This document shows, piece after piece, positions 35,847 to 44,783 of a DNA stretch of 64,000 nucleotides. Origin of the DNA: Candidatus Omnitrophota bacterium (GTDB lineage: Bacteria; Omnitrophota; Gorgyraeia; Aquiviventales; JACQRC01); assembly GCA_016206665.1 (NCBI GenBank), contig JACQRC010000015.1, positions 118 to 64,117 of the forward strand, written 5' to 3'. Every line of letters begins with the position of its first letter. Position 1 is the first letter of the stretch. The notes under the pieces are model-generated. The model saw only the letters and a list, made by a program, of their open reading frames with translations, did not search any database and was not told the DNA's origin. Both the position numbers and the translations under genes were made by a program.

Positions 35847-37135
35847 AGCGCAAGCTGATGGCGGCAGCCGGACTGGTCACGTTCCTGCTGCGGCTGGGCC
35901 TGGTACTCGCCACGCAGAGTTACCGGCATCCCACGACGTGGGAGTTCGAGCGGGTGACGCAGAATATGATGGCGGGGCGCGGTTTCATGCTGCCGCATCT
36001 GGGGATTCCGTACTATTCCCTGCATCCGCCGCTCTATGATCTGCTGTCGCTCATGGTCTACACCCTCGTCGGGCATCACCAGGCGGCCATCCTGGTCATG
36101 CAGGCGGTCTTTAGCAGTCTGCTGGCCGCCCTGACCGTGCATCTGGCCCATCGGTTCACCGGGTCGCTGGCGGCCGGCATCCTCGCGGGAGGCTTGGTGG
36201 CGACCCATCCGGGTCTGCTCTACTACGACATCCACCATCTCCATCCCCTGAGTTTTGGGGCGCTGCTCTTTGCCCTCATTCTCTGGGCCGCCATGCGCTG
36301 GTGGGTGTACCGCCGCATCCGGGATGCGGCCTGGCTGGGCGCGGCCGTGGCCCTCGCCATGCATGAGCGGGGCACCGCCGGCCTGTTCCTGCTGCCGGCC
36401 ATGGTCTGGATGGGATGGCATCTGCGCGTCCACCGGCGGCGTGTGGCCGCGTCCCTCGGCGCGCTCGTGGCCGGGTGCGTCCTCGTGCTGGCCCCCTGGA
36501 CGATCCGTAACTATCTCGTCCACGGGCGCTTCGTGCTCATGATCACGCTGAAGAACGAACATCTGTGGCTGGGGAACAATCCGCGGTTCTCCGGCTCAGC
36601 GCTGACCCAGGCCAACGAACCCATTTTCAACGCCATCCCACCTGAGCTGCTCAGCCGCTTGGAGGCTCAAACCAATGAGGTGGACCAGCAGCGAATCTTC
36701 GGGGAGGTAGCGTGGGCCTACATCCGCCAGGATCCCGGCGCCTTCGTGGTGCGCACGCTGCGCAAGCTGTACTACTTTTTCTGGTTCTCGCCCCAATCCG
36801 GGTTGTGGTACCCGCAGCGCTACCTGCACTGGTATCGTCTCTACTATGGGTCAGTGCTGGGGCTCGCGATGGTGGGCTGGGTCCGAAGCGTGCGGGCCGC
36901 CGCCCCGCGGACGCGGGCCATGGCTTGGGCGATGGTGGGACTGATCCTGAGTGTTGCGGTGGCTCAGAGTCTGTGCTATGTGGAAGGCCGGCACCGCTGG
37001 GGGATTGAACCGCTCCTGCTGATGTTTACCGCTGGCGGCGGCGCGTGGCTGGTGGAGCGACTCCGGCAATGTTGGTGGACGATGCGGGCGAACGCAGGGC
37101 CGTTCGTCATCGGGGATGCGCGACGTTGGAAATAG
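35843..37135 (+). CDS. GT-C (ArnT/PMT_2-like) membrane glycosyltransferase, 2 of 3
   Basis: ATGA overlap. The N-terminus is MKRKLMAAAGLVTFLLRLGLVLATQSYRHPTTWEFERVTQNMMAGRGF, and the protein is polytopic and hydrophobic throughout. Confidence 0.7.
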   Translation: MKRKLMAAAGLVTFLLRLGLVLATQSYRHPTTWEFERVTQNMMAGRGFMLPHLGIPYYSLHPPLYDLLSLMVYTLVGHHQAAILVMQAVFSSLLAALTVHLAHRFTGSLAAGILAGGLVATHPGLLYYDIHHLHPLSFGALLFALILWAAMRWWVYRRIRDAAWLGAAVALAMHERGTAGLFLLPAMVWMGWHLRVHRRRVAASLGALVAGCVLVLAPWTIRNYLVHGRFVLMITLKNEHLWLGNNPRFSGSALTQANEPIFNAIPPELLSRLEAQTNEVDQQRIFGEVAWAYIRQDPGAFVVRTLRKLYYFFWFSPQSGLWYPQRYLHWYRLYYGSVLGLAMVGWVRSVRAAAPRTRAMAWAMVGLILSVAVAQSLCYVEGRHRWGIEPLLLMFTAGGGAWLVERLRQCWWTMRANAGPFVIGDARRWK

Positions 37136-37866
37136 CGACGTACGAAGTTGAGGCTGCTGTCGAAGCGACGCATTGGTGGTTTGTGGCCCGGCGGCGGCTG
37201 CTCGCCAGCGTGATCCGCACGCTGGTCGTTCCCACGGAGTCGCCCGTCCTTGACATCGGGACGAGTACGGGGAGCAATCTGCGCTTGCTCCAGGACCTCG
37301 GCTACCGGAATGTGGTGGGCGTAGATACCAGCGACACCGCCATCCGTTACTGCACCGACAAGGGGTTCGGGTCGGTCCGCCACGGCGATATGCGTCAATT
37401 GCCGTTTGAGCGCGGTCGATTTCAACTCATCCTGGCGACGGATGTGCTCGAGCATATTGATGATGACCTCGGGGCATTGGCGGAATTGACGAGAGTCCTG
37501 GCTCCAGGAGGCACGGCCATCGTGACGGTGCCGGCCTTCCCCTGCCTGTGGGGTTTGCAGGATGACGTCGCGCACCACAAACGGCGATACCGGATGAAAC
37601 CCTTTGCGGCGCGTCTGCGTGCGGCCGGATTGTCTTGCCGAGAACAGTTCCATTTCAATTACCTCTTATTCGGACCGATTTGGTTGGCGCGCCGGTTGAT
37701 CCGCTTGTTCCGGATCTCAGTCATGAGTGAAAACCAGATCAATGCTCGCTGGCTCAACCGCTTCCTGACGACGATCTTTACCTTCGATGTCTGGTCGGCG
37801 CGCTGGTTGCGACCGCCGTTTGGGGTGTCCATCCTGGCCGTGGCACATAAGGAGTCGTCAACCTAA
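37126..37866 (+). CDS. Class-I SAM methyltransferase (5 of 7)
   Basis: Motif I is VLDIGTSTGSN, followed by VVGVDTS and ILATDVLEHIDDD. The start is uncertain: TTG 37126 gives a 10-nt overlap and ATG 37069 gives a 67-nt overlap. Confidence 0.65.
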   Translation: MEIATYEVEAAVEATHWWFVARRRLLASVIRTLVVPTESPVLDIGTSTGSNLRLLQDLGYRNVVGVDTSDTAIRYCTDKGFGSVRHGDMRQLPFERGRFQLILATDVLEHIDDDLGALAELTRVLAPGGTAIVTVPAFPCLWGLQDDVAHHKRRYRMKPFAARLRAAGLSCREQFHFNYLLFGPIWLARRLIRLFRISVMSENQINARWLNRFLTTIFTFDVWSARWLRPPFGVSILAVAHKESST

Positions 37867-37882
37867 GGTGGAGGCTTCGGTC

Positions 37883-39232
37883 ATGATTCCCACGCTGGAG
37901 GGGCATCGTGGATCCGGCCGGCGGACGACGTGGCTCGTCATCGGCCTCTTTGTGCTGGCCTGCCTGCTGCGTTTGGGGGCCGTGCAGGTCGCCTTGCGCG
38001 GCCAGTACAACCCCTACCATCAACTCTACGGGGACATGGCGGCCTACGTGACGTTGGCGGTGAGTCTGGCGCACGGCGAGGGATATTCCAACCATTATGA
38101 ACCGGTCCTCGCCGATGTCTTTCGCGATCCGGAACACACGCGTACACTTATGCCGCCGCGGCCGACGGCCCGCAAGGCCATCGGCTATCCGTTGTTTCTT
38201 GCGATCCTCTTCCGTCTCTTTGGCTACCATCTGGTGCCGGTGCTGGTTGTCCAGGCAATCTTGAGCGCGGTATCGGCGCTCCTCATCTACGCCATCGGGC
38301 GGCGGGCCGGCTCACCGAAGGCAGCCCTGATCGCCTATGCGATCGCCGTGTGCTACTATCCGTTTTGGTATAAGGCCATTACGCTCCTGGTGGAAACCGT
38401 GCTGGTCTTTCTGCTGTTGTGCGCCATCTACGGATTCGTGCGCTGGTTCGAGCGTCCGTCGATCTGGACGGCCTGCTGGACAGGCCTGGCGGTGGGCGCG
38501 TCGATCCTGGTGAAGCCGCTGCTCTGGCCCCTCCTGCCCGCCATTTTTCTCGCGGCATATCTCGTTCAACGGCGGCGGGGGCTGGCCCGGGCCTTCCTGA
38601 CCAGCGCCCCGGTCCTGGTCGTGACGACGGCCCTCGTGCTAGCACCCTGGGTGCTACGCAACTACCGCCACACCGGCCGGTGGGAGGTGAGCGCGTCCTT
38701 CGGCGGCAAACATCTGCGGTTCTTGTACAGCCCGCTCAACATGCACAATGAGATCTATGCCAAGCCGGGCTTCGTCAACGAGTTCTATCCGCAAGAGCCG
38801 ATCACCCTGCCCCGCACCACCCCACCGGTGCTGGCTGAATATCTGCAGGACGATGTCTATGGCCGGTCCGCCAAGCAGTTCCTCCTGAGCGATCCAGGAT
38901 TCTTTTTCCGGGCGATGCCTGGCACGCTGTGGAACACCTGGCGGCCCGATTACCCGGGTGCCAAGTGGTACCGCGTGTGGAGCAATTACATCTTGTATGT
39001 GGGCCTGATTCCCTTTTTCCTCCTCGGGGTGGCGCTGGCGGTCAAGCGCCGCCACCTGCCGGCGCTGGTGTTGCTCGGCTTCATCGTGGCCCTCGTCGGT
39101 TTCCACGCCGTCGTCGCATCGCAGATTCGGTATCGGATCACGATCATGCCGTTCTACTTTGTGCTGGCCGCATCGGGGTTGGAGGCCGCCTGGCAGCGGC
39201 TGCGCGGCCGGCCGGCCTTGGAGGGTCGGTGA
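37883..39232 (+). CDS. GT-C (ArnT/PMT_2-like) membrane glycosyltransferase, 3 of 3
   Basis: ATG 37883 comes after AAGGTGGAGG. LRLGAVQVALRGQYNPYHQLYGDMAAYVTLAVSLAHGEGYS is followed by many TM segments. Confidence 0.7.
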   Translation: MIPTLEGHRGSGRRTTWLVIGLFVLACLLRLGAVQVALRGQYNPYHQLYGDMAAYVTLAVSLAHGEGYSNHYEPVLADVFRDPEHTRTLMPPRPTARKAIGYPLFLAILFRLFGYHLVPVLVVQAILSAVSALLIYAIGRRAGSPKAALIAYAIAVCYYPFWYKAITLLVETVLVFLLLCAIYGFVRWFERPSIWTACWTGLAVGASILVKPLLWPLLPAIFLAAYLVQRRRGLARAFLTSAPVLVVTTALVLAPWVLRNYRHTGRWEVSASFGGKHLRFLYSPLNMHNEIYAKPGFVNEFYPQEPITLPRTTPPVLAEYLQDDVYGRSAKQFLLSDPGFFFRAMPGTLWNTWRPDYPGAKWYRVWSNYILYVGLIPFFLLGVALAVKRRHLPALVLLGFIVALVGFHAVVASQIRYRITIMPFYFVLAASGLEAAWQRLRGRPALEGR

Positions 39233-40014
39233 TGAGCCTGCAGGTGGAGTGGCGGCCGGAGGACGGGGTGGCAGTTGAGGGCGCGGATAACTCCCTCGAG
39301 GCCTCGGTTATCGTCCCGACTTATAATGAGCGGCAGAATATCGTGGAGCTCGTGGAGGCCGTCGCTGAGGTGCTCGAGGGATGCTCCTTCGACATGATCG
39401 TGGTGGACGATGATTCGTCGGATGGGACGGCCGACGCGGTCGCCGCTCTGGCCACGACCCGGCCGTGGCTCTCCGTGATCCGGCGCCAGGCCGAGCCATC
39501 GCTCGGTGGGTCGGTCATGGACGGGTTGCAGCGAGCCCACGGCCGCGTGCTCTGCGTGATGGATGCCGATCTGTCCCATGACCCGGCGCTCCTATCCGAG
39601 CTGGTGGCTCGAGTGCGCGGGGGTGCGGAGCTCGCCATCGGCTCGCGCCGGGTGCCTGGCGGCGGGGCGGAAGCGTGGCCCTGGCACCGCCGTTGCTTGA
39701 GCGATGCGGGCAACCGGCTGGCGCGATGGTTGCTGCAGGTGCCTCTGGCGGACACGACCAGCGGATACTTCGCCATGGACCGCCGCTTCTACGAGCGGGT
39801 GCGCGACAGCGTGCGACCGCGCGGCTACAAGATTCTGCTGGAGTTCTGTGTGCGCGGCCGGCCTCGGACCGTGGTGGAGCTGCCCTATCTTTTCCGAGAC
39901 CGCCAACACGGCGACAGCAAACTGACCCCGCGCGTGATGATGGACTACCTCTGCATGCTGGGAGAGCTGACATGGCAGACGTGGGTGGACGCCGCACGGA
40001 AGGGGCGCGGATGA
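39232..40014 (+). CDS. GT2 DPM1/Ppm1-like polyprenol-phosphate sugar synthase (soluble type)
   Basis: TGATG junction. Motifs are ASVIVPTYNE, VVDDDSSDGT, MDADLSHDP and TSGYFAM. Confidence 0.8.
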   Translation: MSLQVEWRPEDGVAVEGADNSLEASVIVPTYNERQNIVELVEAVAEVLEGCSFDMIVVDDDSSDGTADAVAALATTRPWLSVIRRQAEPSLGGSVMDGLQRAHGRVLCVMDADLSHDPALLSELVARVRGGAELAIGSRRVPGGGAEAWPWHRRCLSDAGNRLARWLLQVPLADTTSGYFAMDRRFYERVRDSVRPRGYKILLEFCVRGRPRTVVELPYLFRDRQHGDSKLTPRVMMDYLCMLGELTWQTWVDAARKGRG

Positions 40015-40862
40015 AGAGCGCAGATGCGGTGCCGTCGCACGTCTTCGTCGTCATCCCCGCCTACAACGAAGCGCTCAATCTGCCGGCCTTGCTGACAGGC
40101 GTCCACCAGGTGCTGGCGGCGCAGCAGGAGTCGATGACCCTGATCGTCGTCGATGACGGCAGCGAGGACGAGACCGCGGAGGTGGTGCGACAGCTGGCCG
40201 TGACGCGGCCCATCGAACTCCTCCGTCATGCGCAGAATCGCGGGGTCGGAGCCGTGTTCCGCACGGGATTCTCGGCCGCCTGCGCACAGGCGGCTCCTCA
40301 CGATGTCATCGTGCTCATGGAAGGGGATGGGACGAGCGATCCTGCGGTGTTGCCGGCGATGCTGGGCCGAATCCACCAAGGCGCTGATCTCGTGATCGGC
40401 TCTCGTTACCGGCCTGGCGGGGGATACGGGGGATTTTCGGTGCGCCGGATGGCGCTCAGTCTGGGGGCCAATCTCCTGTTGCGTCTGCGATTTCCCATGG
40501 CCGGCGTCCGTGACTACACGATCTTTTTCCGCGCCTATCGAGCCGGCCTCTTGCAGCGAGGCTTTCAGCGCTTCGGCGAGCGTCTCACGGAACTGCGGAC
40601 CTTTGCCTGTAACGCGGAGCTGCTCATCAAGCTGCGCGCCCTGCGGCCGAACATTGCCGAGGTGCCTCTGCGCTATTGTTATGGGGTGAAACGCGGACGC
40701 AGCAAGCTGGCGGTGCGGCGGACGATTGCCGAATATCTGGCCTTCATGGCGACCGCACGAACCCGCCCGTGGTCGCGGCTGTCTGGGGTGGCTGACGGTG
40801 ACGAGGCCCCATCCCTGGTGCCAGCCGACGCACGCGCTCCGCAGGAGGGGGTACTCCCATGA
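40011..40862 (+). CDS. GT2 DPM1-like glycosyltransferase
   Basis: ATGA overlap. Motifs are VFVVIPAYNE, VVDDGSEDET and MEGDGTSDP. Confidence 0.8.
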   Translation: MKSADAVPSHVFVVIPAYNEALNLPALLTGVHQVLAAQQESMTLIVVDDGSEDETAEVVRQLAVTRPIELLRHAQNRGVGAVFRTGFSAACAQAAPHDVIVLMEGDGTSDPAVLPAMLGRIHQGADLVIGSRYRPGGGYGGFSVRRMALSLGANLLLRLRFPMAGVRDYTIFFRAYRAGLLQRGFQRFGERLTELRTFACNAELLIKLRALRPNIAEVPLRYCYGVKRGRSKLAVRRTIAEYLAFMATARTRPWSRLSGVADGDEAPSLVPADARAPQEGVLP

Positions 40863-41848
40863 CCGCCGGCAGAACCGGAGCCACGACACTCCCGCCGAAC
40901 GCGCCGGAGCTGGAAACCGTGGCCTGCAATCTGTGCGGCGGCGATCAGGTGGCAGAGCTCTTTGCGGCGAACGCCTCCCTGGCGCAGCGACGCGAGGGCC
41001 GGCTGCGGTGCACCGATGATGGCCTCGGGCAGCATGGCCGGATCGTGCGTTGCCGGCGCTGCGGTCTCGTGTATACCAATCCCCGGTGCCGGCAAGGATT
41101 GATTCACGAGGCCTATGAGCAGGTGGAGGACCCGACCTACGTGGCAGAGACCGAGGGCCGGCTGCTCACCTTTGGACGTGCGCTCGATCTGCTGGAGCAG
41201 CACCACCCGGTCCGCGGGCGTTTGTTGGACGTGGGCTGCTATACAGGGGTGTTCTTGCAGGTGGCCCGCACGCGCGGCTGGGAGGTGGCGGGTCTCGAGC
41301 CCAGTCGCTGGGCGTGCGACGTCGCGGCCCGGCAGACGGGACTGGCGGTGCAGGCGGGCACGCTGGCCGGCGCGCCATGGCCGCCGGCCGGGTTTGACGT
41401 CATCACGCTGTGGGACGTGCTGGAGCATCTCACCGATCCGCTCGGCGATCTGCGCAGGATGGCAGCACTGCTGGTACCCGGGGGCCATCTGGCCCTGACG
41501 ACCGTGGATATCGGCAGCCAGAGCGCCCGGTGGCTCGGCACGCGGTGGTGGTGGCTGATGGAGATGCACCTGTATTACTTCACGCGTGACACCGTCACCC
41601 GGCTGCTCCGCCAGGCGGGGTTCGAGGTGGTGCTCATCGAGCCGCACGTGCGCGTGGTCAGCCTGCGCTATCTCTGGAGCCGGCTGGCACCGTATCTGGG
41701 CGGTGCGGCACGGCTGCTGGAGCGCGCCGGCCGCTGGTGGCGCTGGAACGACTGGCATGCGACCATCACGGGAGCGGGTCTCATGACCGTGATCGCCCGC
41801 AAGCCGATGGGAGAGCCGCCCGTTGTGGGCAGGACGGACCAGCCATGA
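40859..41848 (+). CDS. Class-I SAM methyltransferase with N-terminal zinc-ribbon (6 of 7)
   Basis: ATGA overlap. The ribbon is CNLCGGD...CRRCGLVYTNP and motif I is RLLDVGCYTGVF. Confidence 0.75.
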   Translation: MTAGRTGATTLPPNAPELETVACNLCGGDQVAELFAANASLAQRREGRLRCTDDGLGQHGRIVRCRRCGLVYTNPRCRQGLIHEAYEQVEDPTYVAETEGRLLTFGRALDLLEQHHPVRGRLLDVGCYTGVFLQVARTRGWEVAGLEPSRWACDVAARQTGLAVQAGTLAGAPWPPAGFDVITLWDVLEHLTDPLGDLRRMAALLVPGGHLALTTVDIGSQSARWLGTRWWWLMEMHLYYFTRDTVTRLLRQAGFEVVLIEPHVRVVSLRYLWSRLAPYLGGAARLLERAGRWWRWNDWHATITGAGLMTVIARKPMGEPPVVGRTDQP

Positions 41849-43716
41849 TTCGCGGCGAGAACATCCTGTGCATCTCCTCGATTGACTGGGACTTCATCTG
41901 GCAGGGCCACCAGGAGATCATGTCCACCCTGGCCGCCCAGGGCAACCGCGTCTTGTTTATCGAAAACACCGGCGTGCGCCGGGTGCGGCTGTCCGACTGG
42001 TCCCGCCTGCAGCGGCGCCTCCGCAATTGGCGCAAGGGCATCGGCGGCATCCGGCAGGAGCGCGAGCGGCTCTACGTCTACTCGCCGCTGGTGCTGCCCT
42101 TTCCCTATTCCCGGCTGGCGCGCCGGATCAACCGGTGGCTGCTGCTGCGGACGATCCGCCGCTGGATGAAGGCGATGGACTTTTACCATCCAATCATCTG
42201 GACTTTTTTGCCGACGGCCATCACCATCGACCTCGTCCGCCAGGTGGACTACAAGCTGCTCATCTACTACTGCATCGACAGCTTCATCGACAGCTCGGCG
42301 GCCGCGAAGCGCATCGTCGAGAGCGAACGCCGGCTGATCGCCATGGCCGACCTCGTCTTTGTCACCTCCCATCGCCTGCAGGAGCACTGCCGGCCGCACA
42401 ATGCCGCGGTGCACGTCTTTCCCTTCGGGGTCAGCAGCAAGTGGTTCGACGGGAGTCAGCCGGCCGCCGGCGAGGCCCCGCCGGACATCGCCGCCATCCC
42501 GCATCCGCGGATCGGGTATGTAGGCGGGTTGCATCAGTGGGTGGATCAACCGCTGCTCGCCCAGCTCGCGCAGCGGCAGCGCGGGTACTCCTTCGTCTTT
42601 GTGGGCCCCATCCAAACCGACGTGGCCACGCTGCAGCGACAGGCCAACGTCCATTTCCTCGGCCAGAAGCCGGCCGAGCAGCTGCCCCAGTACATTCAGG
42701 CCTTCGATGTCTGCCTGATTCCCTATCGACTGACCGACTACACGCACAGCGTCTATCCCACCAAGCTGAACGAGTACTTGGCGCTGGGCAAGCCGGTCAT
42801 CTCCACGGCGCTGCCGGAGGTGAGCCACTTCAACGAGCGCCACGGTGCCCTCGTCCTGTTGGGCAGGACACCGGAGGAATTTGCCCAGCTCGTCGACCGC
42901 GCCCTGCATGACACGGGCGACGGCGAGCTCTTGGAGCGTCGGCGCTCCGTGGCCCGCTTGAATACCTGGGATGTCAAAATGGCATCGATGAGCGCACTGA
43001 TCGCCGAGGCGATCCAGCGCCGGCAGACGGCGCGCGCCAGCGGCTGGCAGGAGGCGGTGGTGCGCTGGATCCGGCGCTCACGGCACCAGTTCCTGCGCTG
43101 GGCGGTGGGCAGCGCCCTGCTCTACGGCCTGGCGTTTCACACGCCGCTCGTCTGGTGGGCGGCCAGCCCGCTGAAGGTCGCCGATCCGCTGCGGCCGGTC
43201 GATGCGATCATCGTCCTGGGTGGCGGCGTCGGAGAATCGGGCCGGGCCGGCCAGGGGTATGAGGAGCGCATCCAGTACGCGGTGCAGCTCTACCGGGACG
43301 GGTACGCGCCGGCGCTCATCTGCTCCTCCGGCTACGTCTTCGTGATCCAGGAGGCCGAGGTCATGAAGGCACTGGCCGTGTCGCTGGGGGTGCCGGAGCA
43401 GGCGATCATCCTGGAGCAGCGCTCCGCCAACACCTATCAAAACGCCGTGTACACGGCCGAGATTTTGCGCCACCGGGGCTGGCACTCCGCGATGGTGGTG
43501 ACGAGTCCCTACCATGCGCGCCGCGTGACCCTCGTCTATCAGACGGTCGCACCCGACCTGACGGTGCTGTTGGCGCCGCTGCCCCACAGCGTCTTCTTCG
43601 GTGGCGGCGGCCCACCCGTGCAGCTGCGCCAGATGCAGGCCATCCTGCATGAATATGCGGGCATCGTGTATTACCGATTCAAGGGCTACATTCGACCACA
43701 CCGTCAGGCAGGGTGA
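41845..43716 (+). CDS. Fusion: TuaH-like GT-B glycosyltransferase + TM segment + DUF218 (YdcF/SanA/ElyC-like) domain
   Basis: ATGA overlap. The N-terminus NILCISSIDWDFIWQGHQEIMSTLAAQGNRVLFIEN is of the GT4/TuaH type. The hydrophobic segment is FLRWAVGSALLYGLAF. The C-terminus DAIIVLGGGVGE...YAPALICSSG...TSPYHARR is DUF218-like. Confidence 0.65.
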   Translation: MIRGENILCISSIDWDFIWQGHQEIMSTLAAQGNRVLFIENTGVRRVRLSDWSRLQRRLRNWRKGIGGIRQERERLYVYSPLVLPFPYSRLARRINRWLLLRTIRRWMKAMDFYHPIIWTFLPTAITIDLVRQVDYKLLIYYCIDSFIDSSAAAKRIVESERRLIAMADLVFVTSHRLQEHCRPHNAAVHVFPFGVSSKWFDGSQPAAGEAPPDIAAIPHPRIGYVGGLHQWVDQPLLAQLAQRQRGYSFVFVGPIQTDVATLQRQANVHFLGQKPAEQLPQYIQAFDVCLIPYRLTDYTHSVYPTKLNEYLALGKPVISTALPEVSHFNERHGALVLLGRTPEEFAQLVDRALHDTGDGELLERRRSVARLNTWDVKMASMSALIAEAIQRRQTARASGWQEAVVRWIRRSRHQFLRWAVGSALLYGLAFHTPLVWWAASPLKVADPLRPVDAIIVLGGGVGESGRAGQGYEERIQYAVQLYRDGYAPALICSSGYVFVIQEAEVMKALAVSLGVPEQAIILEQRSANTYQNAVYTAEILRHRGWHSAMVVTSPYHARRVTLVYQTVAPDLTVLLAPLPHSVFFGGGGPPVQLRQMQAILHEYAGIVYYRFKGYIRPHRQAG

Positions 43717-43740
43717 CGCCATCAGAGAGGGTGACGACGC

Positions 43741-44337
43741 ATGCGAGTGATTGATGCCTCAGGCCGGCTGTTCGGGAAGATCAACCTCATCGATTTCTGC
43801 TGTCTGGCTCTCGTGGCCGGCGTGGGCGCGCTGGTCGTGGCGGGCCGGATGCATCTGAAGATCGCCGCCCCCCGTGACGTCGTGTACTTTCAAATGGAGC
43901 GGCCGCTCACCATCGAGCAGTGGCACCAGTACAAAGCCGGCTTCGTCCCGCTCGTGCTGGATGTGGAGGTGATCTGTCCAGGGATGTCTGCTGAGGAAGT
44001 AGCCGTCCTGAAGCCGGGGGAGCGCCAGGTGGACGAACACGGCCGGGTGCTGCTGGAGGTGCTCAGCGTGGAGCCACCGACGGTCCACACCCGCCCGGTC
44101 GATCTGGAGGGCGGGCTCGTGCTCCAGGTTCCGGTGCAGGGGCAATGGCGCGTCAAGGCCCTGCTCCGGCTGCATGGGGGGTTGGAGGATCGGCGCTTTT
44201 ATTTCCAGTTTGTGCCGGTCCAAAAAAACTTGTCGATCCCGATCGAGATCCGGGGCCGGCGATTCTTTGGGAATGTGCAACAGGCCGCGTTTCCCCCCGG
44301 CGGGCCGACGCCGGTGCCGGCCCTGCCCTCCTCATGA
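43741..44337 (+). CDS. DUF4330-like membrane-anchored protein
   Basis: ATG 43741 follows a 24-nt spacer. The N-terminus MRVIDASGRLFGKINLIDFCCLALVAGVGALVVAG matches the characteristic DUF4330 start as I remember it. Confidence 0.5.
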   Translation: MRVIDASGRLFGKINLIDFCCLALVAGVGALVVAGRMHLKIAAPRDVVYFQMERPLTIEQWHQYKAGFVPLVLDVEVICPGMSAEEVAVLKPGERQVDEHGRVLLEVLSVEPPTVHTRPVDLEGGLVLQVPVQGQWRVKALLRLHGGLEDRRFYFQFVPVQKNLSIPIEIRGRRFFGNVQQAAFPPGGPTPVPALPSS

Positions 44338-44783
44338 GCCTCGTGTGGCAGCGCGCGTGGGCGACGAGCTGGTTGCAGCGCTGGACGCGGCCTCCGGGCG
44401 GTCTCGGCCGCCTGCCGGAGGAGAGTGTCGCGGTGAGGACCTGGCGCGCGGCCTGGCAGACGATGACGCGATGGTGGCGTGTCCAGGGCGAGCGGAGCTG
44501 GTGCGTGGCGTGGTGGCGGCGGCAACGGCTGGAGTGGTCCGCCGCGGCCACGACCGCGGCGGCCTCCTGGTCGCTCGGTATCCTGTTGGGCTACGGCGTG
44601 ACCTGCTGGATCCTGCATCGGGCCCCGACGCCGCTGGAATGGGTGGGGCTGACGGTGGTATGTAGCCTGGGCCTGGTAGGCTGGGGAATATCACTGTCGT
44701 GGCGGACGCTGGTGCAGGACAGCTGGGTGGCGCGCCATGCCTTCCAGCGCTCCGGAAACGGGTTCCCTCACGGAGAACGATGA
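44334..44783 (+). CDS. Small Trp/Arg-rich protein with two predicted TM helices (unknown family)
   Basis: ATGA overlaps occur at both ends (44334 and 44780). Third positions read by eye are far more G/C-rich in this frame than in the competing frame (44174..44665). I count 18 Trp in 149 aa. Hydrophobic stretches are SLGILLGYGVTCWIL and VGLTVVCSLGLVGWGISL. Confidence 0.5.
   Translation: MSLVWQRAWATSWLQRWTRPPGGLGRLPEESVAVRTWRAAWQTMTRWWRVQGERSWCVAWWRRQRLEWSAAATTAAASWSLGILLGYGVTCWILHRAPTPLEWVGLTVVCSLGLVGWGISLSWRTLVQDSWVARHAFQRSGNGFPHGER

Noticed and set aside
41668-42909. 413-aa minus-strand ORF. The same applies to the minus ORFs at 45727-46902, 13440-14567, 30112-31176, 1442-2314 and 39945-40889.
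   Set aside because: Each lies antisense to a + strand gene with clear family motifs (GT4-type, unknown pair, rSAM, NeuB, GT2). All are Arg/Pro/Gly/His-rich without recognisable domains, and none has a plausible start context.
43717-43740. The 24-nt spacer after the GT-DUF218 gene, and the 26-nt spacers at 18592-18617 and 20421-20446, as possible internal promoters or terminators
   Set aside because: They are too short for a promoter plus UTR. I could not find a GC-rich hairpin followed by a T-tract. Each contains a purine-rich Shine-Dalgarno-like stretch consistent with simple re-initiation.
44174-44665. Alternative + frame ORF (163 aa, Ala/Gly/Arg/Asp-rich) overlapping the Trp-rich ORF
   Set aside because: Third-position G/C content read by eye is clearly lower than in the 44334-44783 frame. 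It lacks coupled junctions, whereas the Trp-rich frame has ATGA overlaps with both neighbours.
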